A stretch of DNA of 64,000 nt from Longimicrobiales bacterium. GTDB lineage: Bacteria; Gemmatimonadota; Gemmatimonadetes; Longimicrobiales; Gaopeijiaceae. The notes under the pieces are model-generated. The model searched no databases and was not told where the DNA came from. It saw only the letters and a list, made by a program, of their open reading frames with translations. Below are positions 30,760 through 41,432 of the stretch, one piece after another. Position 1 is the stretch's first letter. Every line of letters starts with the position of its first letter. The stretch is taken from positions 256,001 through 320,000 of the forward strand of contig CBDCKN010000009.1 in assembly GCA_965218295.1 (NCBI GenBank). Reading direction: 5' to 3'. Both the position numbers and the translations under genes were made by a program.

Positions 30760-31105
30760 CTACACCGGACTCGAACGATGGCGTTACCCGTTTCGTTACC
30801 CGCTTAACGGATCTTACAGGGTCTTACCGGTACTTAGCCGGAAGGGCGACGAGGGAAGAACGTTGGAAGGCGGCCCTAAACGGCCTTAGAGGGTCTTAGC
30901 GGTACACCCCCGTCCGGTCTCGAAAACCGGCGCCCGTGAGGGTGTGTGGGTTCGAGTCCCACCGGCTCCGCTCTTTGTGCAGGTAGTTGAGGGGGAAGAA
31001 CACAGGGGGCTCTGGTGATCGCGTGTCCGGTCACCAGGGCCCTCTTCGTGTTTCTAGGTTGTTGTGCCGCATCTGCGCCACGGCAGAGGGAAACGCGCTG
31101 CCTGA

Positions 31106-31360
31106 CTACTCGTCCAACCCCTGCGGCAACTCATCGCCCTCGACCGGCGCTGCGTCCGATACTCGAGACAAGGCTTCGAGGAAGGCCCTGCGTGAACCCC
31201 TCGCAGCTCTTGCCTCCAGGTAGTCTATCGTATCCAACGCGGACAACTTCTCAGCCAGCGCGGTAGCGACCAGTTGGTTGATGGACACCCCTTCTCTCTT
31301 CGCGATCTCCCGAGCGTGCTCGTGCAACGACTCGGGTAGCCTCAGGCTCATCGTGCTCAT
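31106..31360 (-). CDS. RHH antitoxin (HicB C-terminal/CopG-like)
   Basis: MSTMSLRLPESLHEHAREIAKREGVSINQLVATALAEKLSAL. Confidence 0.85.
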   Translation of the reverse strand: MSTMSLRLPESLHEHAREIAKREGVSINQLVATALAEKLSALDTIDYLEARAARGSRRAFLEALSRVSDAAPVEGDELPQGLDE

Positions 31361-31779
31361 TGGTCTCTCCCCTCCAGTTCCTCCAAGAAGGCGCCTGGCG
31401 TGATCACGCGGATGCCGAACCGCTCTTCGACCCCGTCAAAGTCTCGCGCGTTGTGCGTCACGATGAACTCAGCTTCAGCTTCCACAGCAACCTCGAGTAC
31501 CATTTCGTCACCCGGATCTCTAAGGAACGGCCGCCACAAGAAGTAGATCCTCCGGCGATCCGCCATCTGACAGAGGTAGTCCACAACCCTCTCTGCGTCC
31601 TCATCGCTCAGATCGGTCCGACGCTTCAGCGCCATCTCGTACTCCAACACCAGCGGCACCGAGACGACTATTTGGAACGGTGCCTTCGGCCCCACCATCC
31701 TGACAACTCGGTACGATGCACCCCGCCTAGAACGTGCCCCGGCAACCAGCACATTGGTATCGAGGACGATCCGACTCAT
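31357..31779 (-). CDS. PIN-domain toxin (PIN_3/TIGR00305-like)
   Basis: IVLDTNVLVAG, YFLWRPFLRDPGDEMVLEVAV, IVTHNARDF. Confidence 0.9.
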   Translation of the reverse strand: MSRIVLDTNVLVAGARSRRGASYRVVRMVGPKAPFQIVVSVPLVLEYEMALKRRTDLSDEDAERVVDYLCQMADRRRIYFLWRPFLRDPGDEMVLEVAVEAEAEFIVTHNARDFDGVEERFGIRVITPGAFLEELEGRDQ

Positions 31780-32152
31780 GTGGTATCATATACAATACCA
31801 CCCAGGGCGAGCAAGGATCCCCGCTTAGCGGCAGGCGCGCAAGCCTGGATAACGAGAAGAGATGGAAGAAGAACGGTGAAGGAGCGGATGACTCGCACGG
31901 CGGACTCCTTGAAGGGTGACGGGGTTGAAGCTGCGGGAAACTACGGCAGATTCAGGGAGACGGTAAGGGATGGGGTGTGCGCTGGGAGCCGACTGGATAC
32001 AGCCCCGGCGCCTACCGGGAGGGGAAGCTTCTCCGGCCCTGGACGAAACCCGATCCGGCCGAGAGCAGCTACCGGCCCAAGGTCTGAGCGACCGGCGGCT
32101 CGGGGGCGTGTCGTTCAGGGGTTAGAACCGAAAACAGGGAGATGCAGCCTCA

Positions 32153-33175
32153 ATGACAGACCTCATCACCTTAAGTGAAATCGAAAAGGCGCGGGCGAAA
32201 CAGCCGCCCGAAATCCGGTGGACGCCGATGGTTCCGCTCTCGTGGGATTCGGGCGAGGTCGGGGCCGAGCAGGTGCATCTCAAGCTGGAGAATCTCCAAG
32301 TCACGGGCGCATACAAGCCCCGCGCCGCGTTTTATATTCTCGGTTCGCTGACGCCGGAAGAACGCGCCCAGGGGATCGTGATGAGCTCGTCGGGCAACTT
32401 CGCCCAGGCGTTCGCCTATGCGGGAAAACGTCTCGGCATCCCGGTGGTCGTGGTGATGATGGAGAACGCGAACCCATACAAGATTGAGGCCATTCGCGGA
32501 TACGGCACGGAAATCGTCTTTTGCGAGAACGACTATCTGGCCCGCGAGCCGATGATGGAAAAGGTGGCCCGCGAGCGGGGGTTGCTGGCGATAAACACCG
32601 CCGAGGACCGCCGCGTATCAGTGGGCCATTCCAGCATCGGAATGGAGATACTCGATGATATGCCCGATGTCGGGACCGTCATCGTCCCATGCAGCTCGGG
32701 CGGCCTGATCTCGGGGGTGGCCAGCGCGATCAAGCTGCGCAGTCCCAGCGTCCGGGTTGTGGGGGTGAACCCCAAGGGGGGCGCGGCGATCTATCATTCC
32801 CTCCAGGCAAATAAGCCGGTATCGCTCGACCGGTGGGAGAGCATGGCGGACGGCCTGTCCGCCACCCGCCCCGGCGATTTTCCCTTTGCCCATATCCAGG
32901 AGCACGTGGACGATGTGGTTCTTGTGAGCGAGCAGGAGATTGCCGAGGCCTTCCGGCTGCTGGTGAAAAGGGCCAAGATTCTCGCCGAGCCCGCCGGCGC
33001 GGTTTCCGTCGCGGCGTGGATGAACGGCCGGACGGGAGGCGGGCGGACAGTCGCCGTGATCTCGGGCGGCAACGTGGCGGACGAAACGGTGTCCACCCTG
33101 CTGGCGGGCATGCTTCCCGCTTCGGGGCCCCCAGCTGCTCCTTCAACTCCTCGAAGAAGTTCTGGACCCAGATGA
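32153..33175 (+). CDS. PLP-dependent threonine/serine dehydratase family protein
   Basis: LKLENLQVTGAYKPR, SSGNFAQ, GGLISG, AEPAGA, ISGGN. Confidence 0.9.
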   Translation: MTDLITLSEIEKARAKQPPEIRWTPMVPLSWDSGEVGAEQVHLKLENLQVTGAYKPRAAFYILGSLTPEERAQGIVMSSSGNFAQAFAYAGKRLGIPVVVVMMENANPYKIEAIRGYGTEIVFCENDYLAREPMMEKVARERGLLAINTAEDRRVSVGHSSIGMEILDDMPDVGTVIVPCSSGGLISGVASAIKLRSPSVRVVGVNPKGGAAIYHSLQANKPVSLDRWESMADGLSATRPGDFPFAHIQEHVDDVVLVSEQEIAEAFRLLVKRAKILAEPAGAVSVAAWMNGRTGGGRTVAVISGGNVADETVSTLLAGMLPASGPPAAPSTPRRSSGPR

Positions 33176-33249
33176 CTCGGGCGGTGGAGCCTCCTATTGG
33201 GGATGAGCCATGCTAGGAGGATGGTGGAGCCTGTGGCGCTTGGGGTTGT

Positions 33250-33624
33250 TCACCAGAGTGAATTGATGATCGGGGCCGCCGGCACTCCCGTTATCCCGCA
33301 TTTCCCCATCCACTCCGCGAGAGCCGGGAAGTCCTCCCAACTTGCCTCTGCCTGCTGGGAGTGGTCGGCTACACCGGCCTCAGTCTCATAGATCTCGGTC
33401 AGGATGAAGTACGTGTTTCCAGTCGGCGCTGAGTTGGGATCCATCGGATTCGAAAGCTCTGGCGCCTTGGACACATTGTAGCTCAGAAGAGCTTTGTCCC
33501 CTTCCCGGTGATGCGTAGCCTGCATCCAAGGAGCATGACTCCGAAAGAGGCGTTCACCCTCTGCTACCAGATCCGGAGGGGCACCGATGATGAACGTAAG
33601 CTGGATCTTCCCGTGGTGGGCCAT
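33250..33624 (-). CDS. Hypothetical protein (possible dimeric alpha+beta barrel)
   Basis: Good RBS (GAGGAG), FILTEIYETEAGVADH pattern. Confidence 0.6.
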   Translation of the reverse strand: MAHHGKIQLTFIIGAPPDLVAEGERLFRSHAPWMQATHHREGDKALLSYNVSKAPELSNPMDPNSAPTGNTYFILTEIYETEAGVADHSQQAEASWEDFPALAEWMGKCGITGVPAAPIINSLW

Positions 33625-33872
33625 GGTAGGTTCTCCTCTTCTCGATTCTCGCTGATCGGGTTTTCTCACGTCGATTACGACTGATAAGAATGCGTTGGCA
33701 AGTCGATTTCGCGCCAGAGGACGACAACGCTACGGTTGGTTAGCTGATGTCCGATCAATATCCACTGACCATTGATCCCCAGCACTCACCTAGCACGCCC
33801 CAGGGTATCTCCAACATCCAGAAAAGGGGGAACGTCGTCCCTGTCAAAGGATCGGCGGCACCCTCATCCCCC

Positions 33873-34769
33873 CTACCTCGGCACCCGATAGACGTACCCG
33901 TCGCTGATCGAGTAGTAGATGTAGTCGCCCACCACGGTCACGCCCTGGATCGCCAGCCCCGTGATCTGGACCGGGTACGTGTCTGCTCCCGAGGCCAGAT
34001 CCCACCGCCCGATGTAGTCGGTCGTCCACCAGTAGATGGCCTCGTCGGTGACGGTGAAGTCGATCATACCCTCCGCGTTGAAGATCGACGTGGCAGGACC
34101 CCCCGGAACCGGAAACCTCCGGACCACGGGGTTCCCGTTGACCGCCGTGTCCAGCCAGAAGAGGGTGGTGCCGCCGCTTCCGTTCGGAACAGCCTTCAAC
34201 TTGTGGGGCAAGAAGACGCTGGCGCCCGAAAGAAGCGTGGACTGGGCGCCGCCGCCTGCAGGCATCGTCTTGAGGTGCGAGCCGTCCGTGGCCCCGATCC
34301 AATAGAGGTTGTTTTCGTCCCGGGCCAGTCCCCGCGTCCCGCCGAGGGTAAACATATCGACCTCTTCAGGCGTCCCCCCGGCTATGGGGATGCGGTAGAG
34401 CCGGTCCGTGTTGATGAACTCGTCGAAGTAGATGTACGGAGGCGCCGGCAGAGGTCGGTCCTGGATAATGAAGCCGCCGGTGGACAAGGATGTGATGGGC
34501 CCGCCTTGGAGGATGGGCCACCAATAGAAGCTCGCCTGGTCATGCCAGTAAGCCACGTTATCGTGAATCACCAGGCTCCGCACCTCGCCGATGGTTTGAA
34601 TGTCGAGGAACGCGTAGTTGCCCGGTGCCAGAGGAATCCGAATGAACCGGCCGTCGGTGGCATCCTCGATGGAGTAGATGTTCCCCAGCTCACCGTGCGA
34701 CAGATCCCTCCCCACCAGAGTCCGGAGGAACTCCCCGATGTGCGCGACGAGCTCGCCCTCTCTGCCAAC
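33873..34769 (-). pseudogene. Beta-propeller-like protein, 5' end cut by the adjacent IS
   Basis: Repeated LYW/IYW/AYW blades; the frame opens right at the IS boundary. Confidence 0.55.
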
Positions 34770-34849
34770 TTACGTGAAACACGGAGCAGCTAAGGAATTA
34801 GAGTAGGGCGAAGGCAGAGAAACCGAGGATGCTGAGACACCGAGAGAGA

Positions 34850-35278
34850 ATGAAAGAGAATGGAATAGCCCCACCAACCTGGGACGGTAAGCGAAGCGCG
34901 GCAGCTCCTGCGGACTCGGAGGTGGTAGATAGGCCGCTGCGCCGGCGGTTCGCTCCGTCGTACAAGCTGCGGATCGTCGAAGAAGCGGACCGGTGCACGG
35001 AGCCCGGAGAGGTTGGCCGACTCCTACGGCGGGAGGGCTTATACTCGTCGCACCTGACGACATGGCGCAAGGCGGCGCATAGCGGGTCCCTGAAAGCGCT
35101 GTCGAAGAAACGAGGCCGTAAGCGCGAGCGCAATCCGCTGGAGGAGAAGGTGCGCAAGCTGGAGCGCGAGAACACTCGCCTCGAGAAGGAGCTCCAGAAG
35201 GCGCACTTGATCATCGACGTCCAGGGAAAAGTTGCAGGGCTGCTGGGATTGAGCCTCGAGGACGGGACGAACTCATGA
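34850..35278 (+). CDS. IS transposase OrfA
   Basis: RRRFAPSYKLRIVEEADRC...LLRREGLYSSHLTTWRK. Confidence 0.88.
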   Translation: MKENGIAPPTWDGKRSAAAPADSEVVDRPLRRRFAPSYKLRIVEEADRCTEPGEVGRLLRREGLYSSHLTTWRKAAHSGSLKALSKKRGRKRERNPLEEKVRKLERENTRLEKELQKAHLIIDVQGKVAGLLGLSLEDGTNS

Positions 35279-36282
35279 AGGCGACCCAGGAGCTAGCCAA
35301 GCACGTAGGGGTGAAGCCCGCGTGCGATGCGCTCAGGGTGCCGCGAGCCACGTTCTACCGTCGTCGGAGTGCATCGACCGGGCATCAGCAGCCCCGCCCG
35401 ACCCCCGCCCGGGCCTTAAGTGAGAGGGAGCGGGACAAGATTTTCGACACCCTGTGTTCGGAGCGGTTCGTGGACCGGTCCCCAGCCGAGGTGGTGGCGA
35501 CGCTGCTCGACGAGGACGTCTACCTGTGCAGCGAGCGTACGATGTATCGCGTTCTGGCTTCCCAGGTGCCGGTTCAGGAGCGTCGAGCGCAGCGGAGTCA
35601 TCCCAAATACCAGAAGCCCGAGTTGATGGCGAGGGGCCCGAACCAGGTCTGGTCCTGGGATATCACCCGGCTGCTGGGGCCGAAGAAGTGGAGTTACTTC
35701 TACCTCTACGTGATCCTGGACATCTTCAGCCGCTACGTCGTGGGATGGATGGTGGCGGATCGGGAGAACTCTGCCCTGGCCAGCCGGCTGATCCAGCAGA
35801 GTTGCTTGAAGCATGGCGTCCAGCCCCACCTCCTGACCCTGCATTCCGATCGAGGGGCTCCGATGACGAGCCAATGCACGGCTCAACTACTCGCCGATCT
35901 CGGCGTGACCCGCTCGTTGGGCCGACCCCAGGTCTCGGATGACAATCCGTTCTCCGAGGCTCAGTTCAAGACCTTGAAGTACCATCCCTCGTTTCCCGGC
36001 CGGTTCGGGGATCAGGGGCAAGCCAAGACCTTCTGTCGCTCGTTCTTCCGTTGGTATAATGCCGAGCACCGCCATGGCGGCATCTCGATGCTGACCCCCG
36101 AACAGGTCCACTTCGGTCACGCCGATCGGATCATCGCCTGCAGGAAGGCCGTGCTCCGTGAGGCATGGGCCGCTCATCCCGAGCGCTTCGTCTCCGGTGA
36201 GCCGAAGCCTAAACCACTCCCGGAGGCCGTCTGGATCAATCCTCCCACCCCATCCCTCACTACACAGGAGATTGCTCTCTAA
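35275..36282 (+). CDS. IS transposase OrfB (DDE integrase core)
   Basis: WSWDIT, LDIFSRYVVGW, HSDRG, DNPFSEAQFKTLK. Confidence 0.92.
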   Translation: MKATQELAKHVGVKPACDALRVPRATFYRRRSASTGHQQPRPTPARALSERERDKIFDTLCSERFVDRSPAEVVATLLDEDVYLCSERTMYRVLASQVPVQERRAQRSHPKYQKPELMARGPNQVWSWDITRLLGPKKWSYFYLYVILDIFSRYVVGWMVADRENSALASRLIQQSCLKHGVQPHLLTLHSDRGAPMTSQCTAQLLADLGVTRSLGRPQVSDDNPFSEAQFKTLKYHPSFPGRFGDQGQAKTFCRSFFRWYNAEHRHGGISMLTPEQVHFGHADRIIACRKAVLREAWAAHPERFVSGEPKPKPLPEAVWINPPTPSLTTQEIAL

Positions 36283-36844
36283 TTGATTTCCAAGAGTGTC
36301 TCACTGGCGTTGACAGGTTCCGCGCCGGTGCCCGGCCCCGGGTCGGGAGGAGGGGGCTGCTAGGGGGGAGGGGGAGGTGGCTCCGATGGGTCCCCGTTCC
36401 CACACAAGGGCCCACTCACGCAGTCCGTCCCCGAACAACCGTACTGGACGAGCAGAGCTATGAGGCACCATCGGAGCCGCTTCGAGACGCTCGAGAGCGA
36501 AAACGCTCTGGCGGGATGGGACAACATTGTGGGTTCTCCTCTCGGGTATTCCGAACAGCGAGCAAAAAGGAGAGGCGTCGCACCCTTCACCGGGCGCAGA
36601 CGGGCAGACGCCCAGGGGTGTGATGCTTACAAGTACACAGTAAAACGTTTGCGCCGGGTTTTGAAAGGGTGTCGGCCCTTCGACCCGGAGTCCACTCAGC
36701 AGAGCCGCCCTGGTGTTTCCAGATTGTGTCGCGTTTGTGTGGATGGGTGGCGACGCCGAGCCCGCCTTCCATCCCTCGGTTGTGAAAGGGTGCCGGCGCC
36801 CTACCTTTCTGAAGCGCCCTCCCACGAGACACAGCGAGTTGATC

Positions 36845-37335
36845 GTGACCCAGTCGCTTCCCCGCAAGGCCTTCACCGTAGAGGAGGCGAACGGGCTCAT
36901 CGCCACCATAGAGGCTGTCATGGAGGAGATCGCGCGCCTCCGGGATCTGGTAGAGAGCAACGACAGACAGCTTCAGATCCTGGACGCGCTCTGGGGACCC
37001 GAGGTTCTGGCCTCCGAAAACCCCGATCACGCGGACTTCGTGCGGCACGGAGCCGCGGTGGACGGGGGTGTGGAACGGATCCAGGGCCTGGTCCGAGAGG
37101 AGATCGTGGCCCGAGGCATTCGTTTTCCCCCTGGAGGCCTCGAGCAGGGGCTGCTGGACTTCCCGACGACCTTGGACGGGCGATGGGTCTACCTCTGCTG
37201 GAGGCGAGGGGAGTCGAGGGTGGATCAGTGGCACGAGATCACCGATGGCTTCGCGGGTCGTCAACCCGTGACGCCAGACCATGAAGGGCGGATGGGCGTC
37301 GAGTGGAGCGACCCCCGGAGGCACCACCTCCCTAG
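36845..37335 (+). CDS. DUF2203 family protein (the ORF track runs to 37504, probably through an indel)
   Basis: FTVEEAN, GLLDFP, VYLCWRRGE..V..WH, GFAGRQP. Confidence 0.8.
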
Positions 37336-37415
37336 GGAGGCTCTCGACGGGAGGGCCGTGTACCTACTAGTATTTGATAGTCGTTCTCAACGACACTCTG
37401 ACCTGCTAGAGACCC

Positions 37416-38027
37416 ATGAGCGACCATTCGAAGCCACCCGTGGAGTTCACGGATACCGCGAAGGACACCGTCCTCCGCTTCATGCAAATGCAGGGGGACG
37501 TTGACCTTGCGGTGCGCATCCAGGTCGCCAGCCCCAGCCCGCTCGATCCCCGCTACGAGATCACGATGATCGAGCCCGACGAAAAGTGTCCGGAAGACTT
37601 GGTTTTCGACGGCTTCGGGTTCGACGTGGTGATCGAGCCCGAGAGCGCGAAGCTCCTCGACGGGGCTCGCATCGACTGGATCGAGACCCTGACCGAGAGC
37701 GGGTTCAAGGTGGAGAACCCGAACCTGGCCCCCATCGGCTCGAAGCCGTTGGAGGGGCCTCTGGCCGACCGGGTTCGACAAGCCATCGACCAATTCGTGA
37801 ACCCCGGAGTGGCCCAGCACGGCGGACACGTGACGCTGGTAGAAGTCAGGGACAAGATCGTCTACCTCCAGATGGGTGGGGGTTGCCAGGGCTGCGGGAT
37901 GGCGTCAGTGACTCTGAGCCAGGGGATCGAGCGGATCCTCCGGGACCAGGTGCCGGAGATCGAGGGCATCCAGGACGTAACCAACCACGGGGCCGGCGAA
38001 AACCCTTACATCAGCTCATCCAAGTAG
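37416..38027 (+). CDS. nfuA: Fe-S biogenesis protein NfuA
   Basis: Degenerate ATC domain plus NifU domain (HGGHV, GGGCQGCGMASVTLSQGIE). Confidence 0.9.
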   Translation: MSDHSKPPVEFTDTAKDTVLRFMQMQGDVDLAVRIQVASPSPLDPRYEITMIEPDEKCPEDLVFDGFGFDVVIEPESAKLLDGARIDWIETLTESGFKVENPNLAPIGSKPLEGPLADRVRQAIDQFVNPGVAQHGGHVTLVEVRDKIVYLQMGGGCQGCGMASVTLSQGIERILRDQVPEIEGIQDVTNHGAGENPYISSSK

Positions 38028-38052
38028 CCGGCGCCCCGACGGAGGGCCTGCC

Positions 38053-39292
38053 GTGTCGAGGGTCCTTCTCCTCCTTTCACGAACGTCGTATCGAGCCGAG
38101 GCTTTTCTCGCCGCGTCCCGCCGCCTGGACCTTGACGTCACGGTCGGCTCGAATCAGCGGCAGGCCCTCGCCGACCTGGCACCCGGCGGCGCCCTCACCC
38201 TCGGCGTCGGGGACGTCCACCGATCGGTGGCTACCATCGTGCGGTTCGCCTCGGACTATCCGCTGACGGCCATCGTGGCGGCGGAAGACGACTTCGCACC
38301 GGTGGCGGCGGGGGCATCCGAGACACTGGGGTTGACGCACCATCCTCCCGAGGCGGTCCGGTCCGCTCGTAACAAGGCGGTCATGCGGGAGCGACTCGCG
38401 GCGGCCGGATTCCCGTCACCCTGGTTCCAGGTCGCCTCCGTAGAAGACGATATGGAAGCGGCCGCGGCGAAGGCCAGCTACCCCTGCGTTCTCAAGCCGC
38501 TTGCGTTGTCTGCCAGCCGCGGGGTGATCCGCGCCGACACGCCCGAGGAGTTCGGCCGCGCTTGGAGCCGGATTCGCGGGATCCTCGAGCAGCCCGACGC
38601 GGCCACACGAAGCGGGCGTACGGCCGGGGAGATCCTGATCGAAGCGTACATGCCGGGGCGCGAAGTAGCCGTGGAGGCGATCGTGGTGGGGGGCGAGCTC
38701 CAGACCCTGGCCGTCCTCGATAAGCCGGACCCCATGGAGGGGCCGTTCTTCGAGGAGACCATCCTTGTGACGCCTTCGCGCCTCCCCGACAGCGTTCAGC
38801 GCGAGATCGTTTCCTGCGTGCAGCGGTCCGTAGCCATCCTCGGCCTTGTTGATGGCCCCGTTCACGCGGAGCTGCGCGTGGACGACGAGCGGGCCTCATT
38901 CCTGGAGATCGCGCCGCGCTCCATCGGTGGCCGTTGCTCCACGATCCTCCGGTTCGAGCCGGAGGCGACCCTCGAGGAGCTCATACTGCATCACGCGTTG
39001 GGGATGCCGATCCATGAGTACTCCCGAGCGCCCGGAGCCGCCGGCGTCATGATGCTGCCGATTCCGGAAGCCGGCGTTCTGCGCGAAGTGGGCGGGTCCG
39101 AGGCGGCCCTCGAGGTTCTGGGCATCGAAGGGCTCGAGATCCACGATTCCTCTGGGCCAGAAGGTCGTGCCCCTCCCCGAGGGCAATCGGTACCTGGGAT
39201 TTCTCTTCGCCGGAGGGGAGACGCCCGAGCAGGTGGAGACCGCGCTCAGGGTCGCGCATGCGAGACTTGAGGTCGCTATCGAGCCTGCATAG
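38053..39292 (+). CDS. ATP-grasp domain protein; +1 indel near 39142
   Basis: RNKAVMR, PCVLKPLALSASRGVIRA, HAELR, EIAPRSIGG; conserved tail PLPEGNRYLGF lies in another frame. Confidence 0.8.
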
Positions 39293-39383
39293 GCGTCCCA
39301 GAGCTCGTCCCACCCCGATCGGTCAGCAGGCTGCACCTTAGGTCTCGCGTTGGCGTCCGAGGCGGGGAAACGGCTAGCGCCGC

Positions 39384-41432
39384 TTAAGGCGGAGGGCTCG
39401 CTCCTCCAGCCCCGGGGTAGGGTGTGCGGTTGCGCCAGATGATCCAGAACGCCAGGGCCAGCGCTACGATGCCGCCGACGTACACGCTCCAGGTGTCGTC
39501 ACTCAGCTCGATGCCGCTCGATCCGAGGTACAGCGCTAGCGCGTTGTTGAGCACATGCCAGAGCATGGCCGGAAAGATCGAGCCCGTCATGAGGGTCACG
39601 GCGGCCAGGATCACGCCCAGCAGCGCCGTTCCCGGAATCCTGAAGATCTGGAAGTGGAAGAACCCGAAGATGAGTCCGACCACCAGGCAGGTGCGCACGG
39701 GCCCGAAGCGCCGGCTGACGCCGTGCAGGAGGACCCCACGAAAGGTCAGCTCCTCCACGATGCCGGGCAGGACGGCTAGGAAGATCAGGATCTGCCAGAA
39801 CGGGATGTGCTCGGGAAGCATCGCCTGACCGAAGCTCTCGAGCAGCTCTCGGGGTATCGGGACGACCTGGTTGACCAACTGGAAGAACAACGTCAGCACG
39901 ATCAACGCGGCCGGAGCGCCTAGCACCACACCGACCCAGACACCCGGGAGCGGCAGGCGCAGAGCAAGCGCCTCACGTGGCTCGAGCCGGAAGTGCCGTA
40001 TCATCAGCAGAGTGGCGGCCAGGAAGACGACGCCGACCTGGAAGAGCGCCAGCCAGCGTAGGTCCTCGAAGGGCGTGTTGAAGTCGAGGAGGACCTTTAC
40101 GGCCCAGAACACCAGGAACCAGCGCAGGACCCTCTTCCGGAACAATGCCGGTCCCCCCAGGAACTCCGCCTGATCCGAATCCGCTCCGGAAACGAGGTTC
40201 TCGTCGAGCAGGGCCCTCGCGGCGACCCGCCCTGCGTACGCGGCAGCGCCCGCCGTGACGAGCCACGCCACCCCGACCGCGAGCCAGTTCGCCTGACCGG
40301 TCAGGATGTCGCGGGCGGCGACGCTGATGTTGGCGAGCGGCACCACGATGATCGCCGAGGACAGCGAGATCTCCGGGAGGAAAGGCACCAACGCGGGAAT
40401 CAGGAACAACAGGATGACCGGCAGGAAGTAGAGCTGTGCCTCTTTGTAGGACTTGGCGTATGCCGACGTGACCAGCAGGACGCCTGCGCACAACGAAGCG
40501 ACCGGCAGGTAGAGCACGAGAAGCGCGAGCGCCGTGGCGGGCGTGATGCTGGCCGCGAATCCCGTGGACACGTCGATCAGCCCGAGCCCGAGATAGATCC
40601 AGAGGTTCAGGACCTGGATGACCACGATGACCAGCGCCAGCGTCATCACCGCCAGGTTCTTGGCCTGGATGATCTCTTTCCGCGTGGCCGCCGTGGTCAG
40701 GAGTGTCTCCAGCGTGCCCCGCTCCTTCTCGCCGGCCAGGGTGTCCGTTGCCACGACCGAGCCACCCGTGAGCATGAGCAGCAAGATGAAGAGCGTGAAC
40801 GCCTTGCCTAGGCGCGCACCCGAGACCTCTCGGGCCGACGCGACGTTCGACGTGTCAACCGCGGCGAGATCCGCGGGAGCGATCGGAAAGCCCGCCTGCA
40901 CGAGCACCGAGTCCCTTCGGTCGCGCCGGACCTCCCTCAAGCGGTTCCGGATCTCGCTAGAACCCCGGCTCGACGGCATACGGTTCGAGCGATAGTGGAT
41001 GCGGGCCACGGGTGTATCGTGGTAGTCCTCGAGCTCCCCCGCGCGCGTCGAGTCCTCTTCGAACTCCGCCCTCCACTCCGCGGGAGCCACACCCTCGATG
41101 AAGAAGTCGAGGTCGCGCTCTTCCAGATCCTCGTCCGGGCTCTCGGACGCGATCAGCTCGAACGTCGTGGAGTCGCCGTCCTCGTCCCCGTCGGGGGCGG
41201 GCAGGTCGGCCAGCAGGGTCCGCACGAACGCGGAGTCGCTCCCTATCACCGCGTACTTGTAGGTGCGACTCGCCTCCCGTTCCTGCCTCGACCGCTCTAC
41301 ACGGTTGGAGAGGATGAGCAGAAGCGGCATGAGGACCACGGGCAGCGCGATGGACACGAGCAGGGTTCGCGGATCCCTGAGGAGGGGTCGGATCTCGAGG
41401 CCATAGATCGTGCGAACGCTCTGGCTCCACAT
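39384..41432 (-). CDS. NatB-type ABC permease fused to a CPBP (CAAX/Abi) intramembrane protease
   Basis: AGEKERGTLETLL, YAKSYKEAQ; EELTFRG, FGFFH, HVLNN. Confidence 0.88.
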   Translation of the reverse strand: MWSQSVRTIYGLEIRPLLRDPRTLLVSIALPVVLMPLLLILSNRVERSRQEREASRTYKYAVIGSDSAFVRTLLADLPAPDGDEDGDSTTFELIASESPDEDLEERDLDFFIEGVAPAEWRAEFEEDSTRAGELEDYHDTPVARIHYRSNRMPSSRGSSEIRNRLREVRRDRRDSVLVQAGFPIAPADLAAVDTSNVASAREVSGARLGKAFTLFILLLMLTGGSVVATDTLAGEKERGTLETLLTTAATRKEIIQAKNLAVMTLALVIVVIQVLNLWIYLGLGLIDVSTGFAASITPATALALLVLYLPVASLCAGVLLVTSAYAKSYKEAQLYFLPVILLFLIPALVPFLPEISLSSAIIVVPLANISVAARDILTGQANWLAVGVAWLVTAGAAAYAGRVAARALLDENLVSGADSDQAEFLGGPALFRKRVLRWFLVFWAVKVLLDFNTPFEDLRWLALFQVGVVFLAATLLMIRHFRLEPREALALRLPLPGVWVGVVLGAPAALIVLTLFFQLVNQVVPIPRELLESFGQAMLPEHIPFWQILIFLAVLPGIVEELTFRGVLLHGVSRRFGPVRTCLVVGLIFGFFHFQIFRIPGTALLGVILAAVTLMTGSIFPAMLWHVLNNALALYLGSSGIELSDDTWSVYVGGIVALALAFWIIWRNRTPYPGAGGASPPP

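Larger units (their letters stand above)
24466..30972. mobile_element. Decayed genomic island integrated in tRNA-Ser(CGA); no integrase left
   Basis: tRNA 3' portion repeated at 28259..28287 and 30914..30972; GTTACCC doublets near both ends. Confidence 0.8.
34773..36322 (+). mobile_element. IS3-type insertion sequence (orfA + orfB)
   Basis: Two ORFs with ATGA overlap; ends approximate. Confidence 0.85.
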
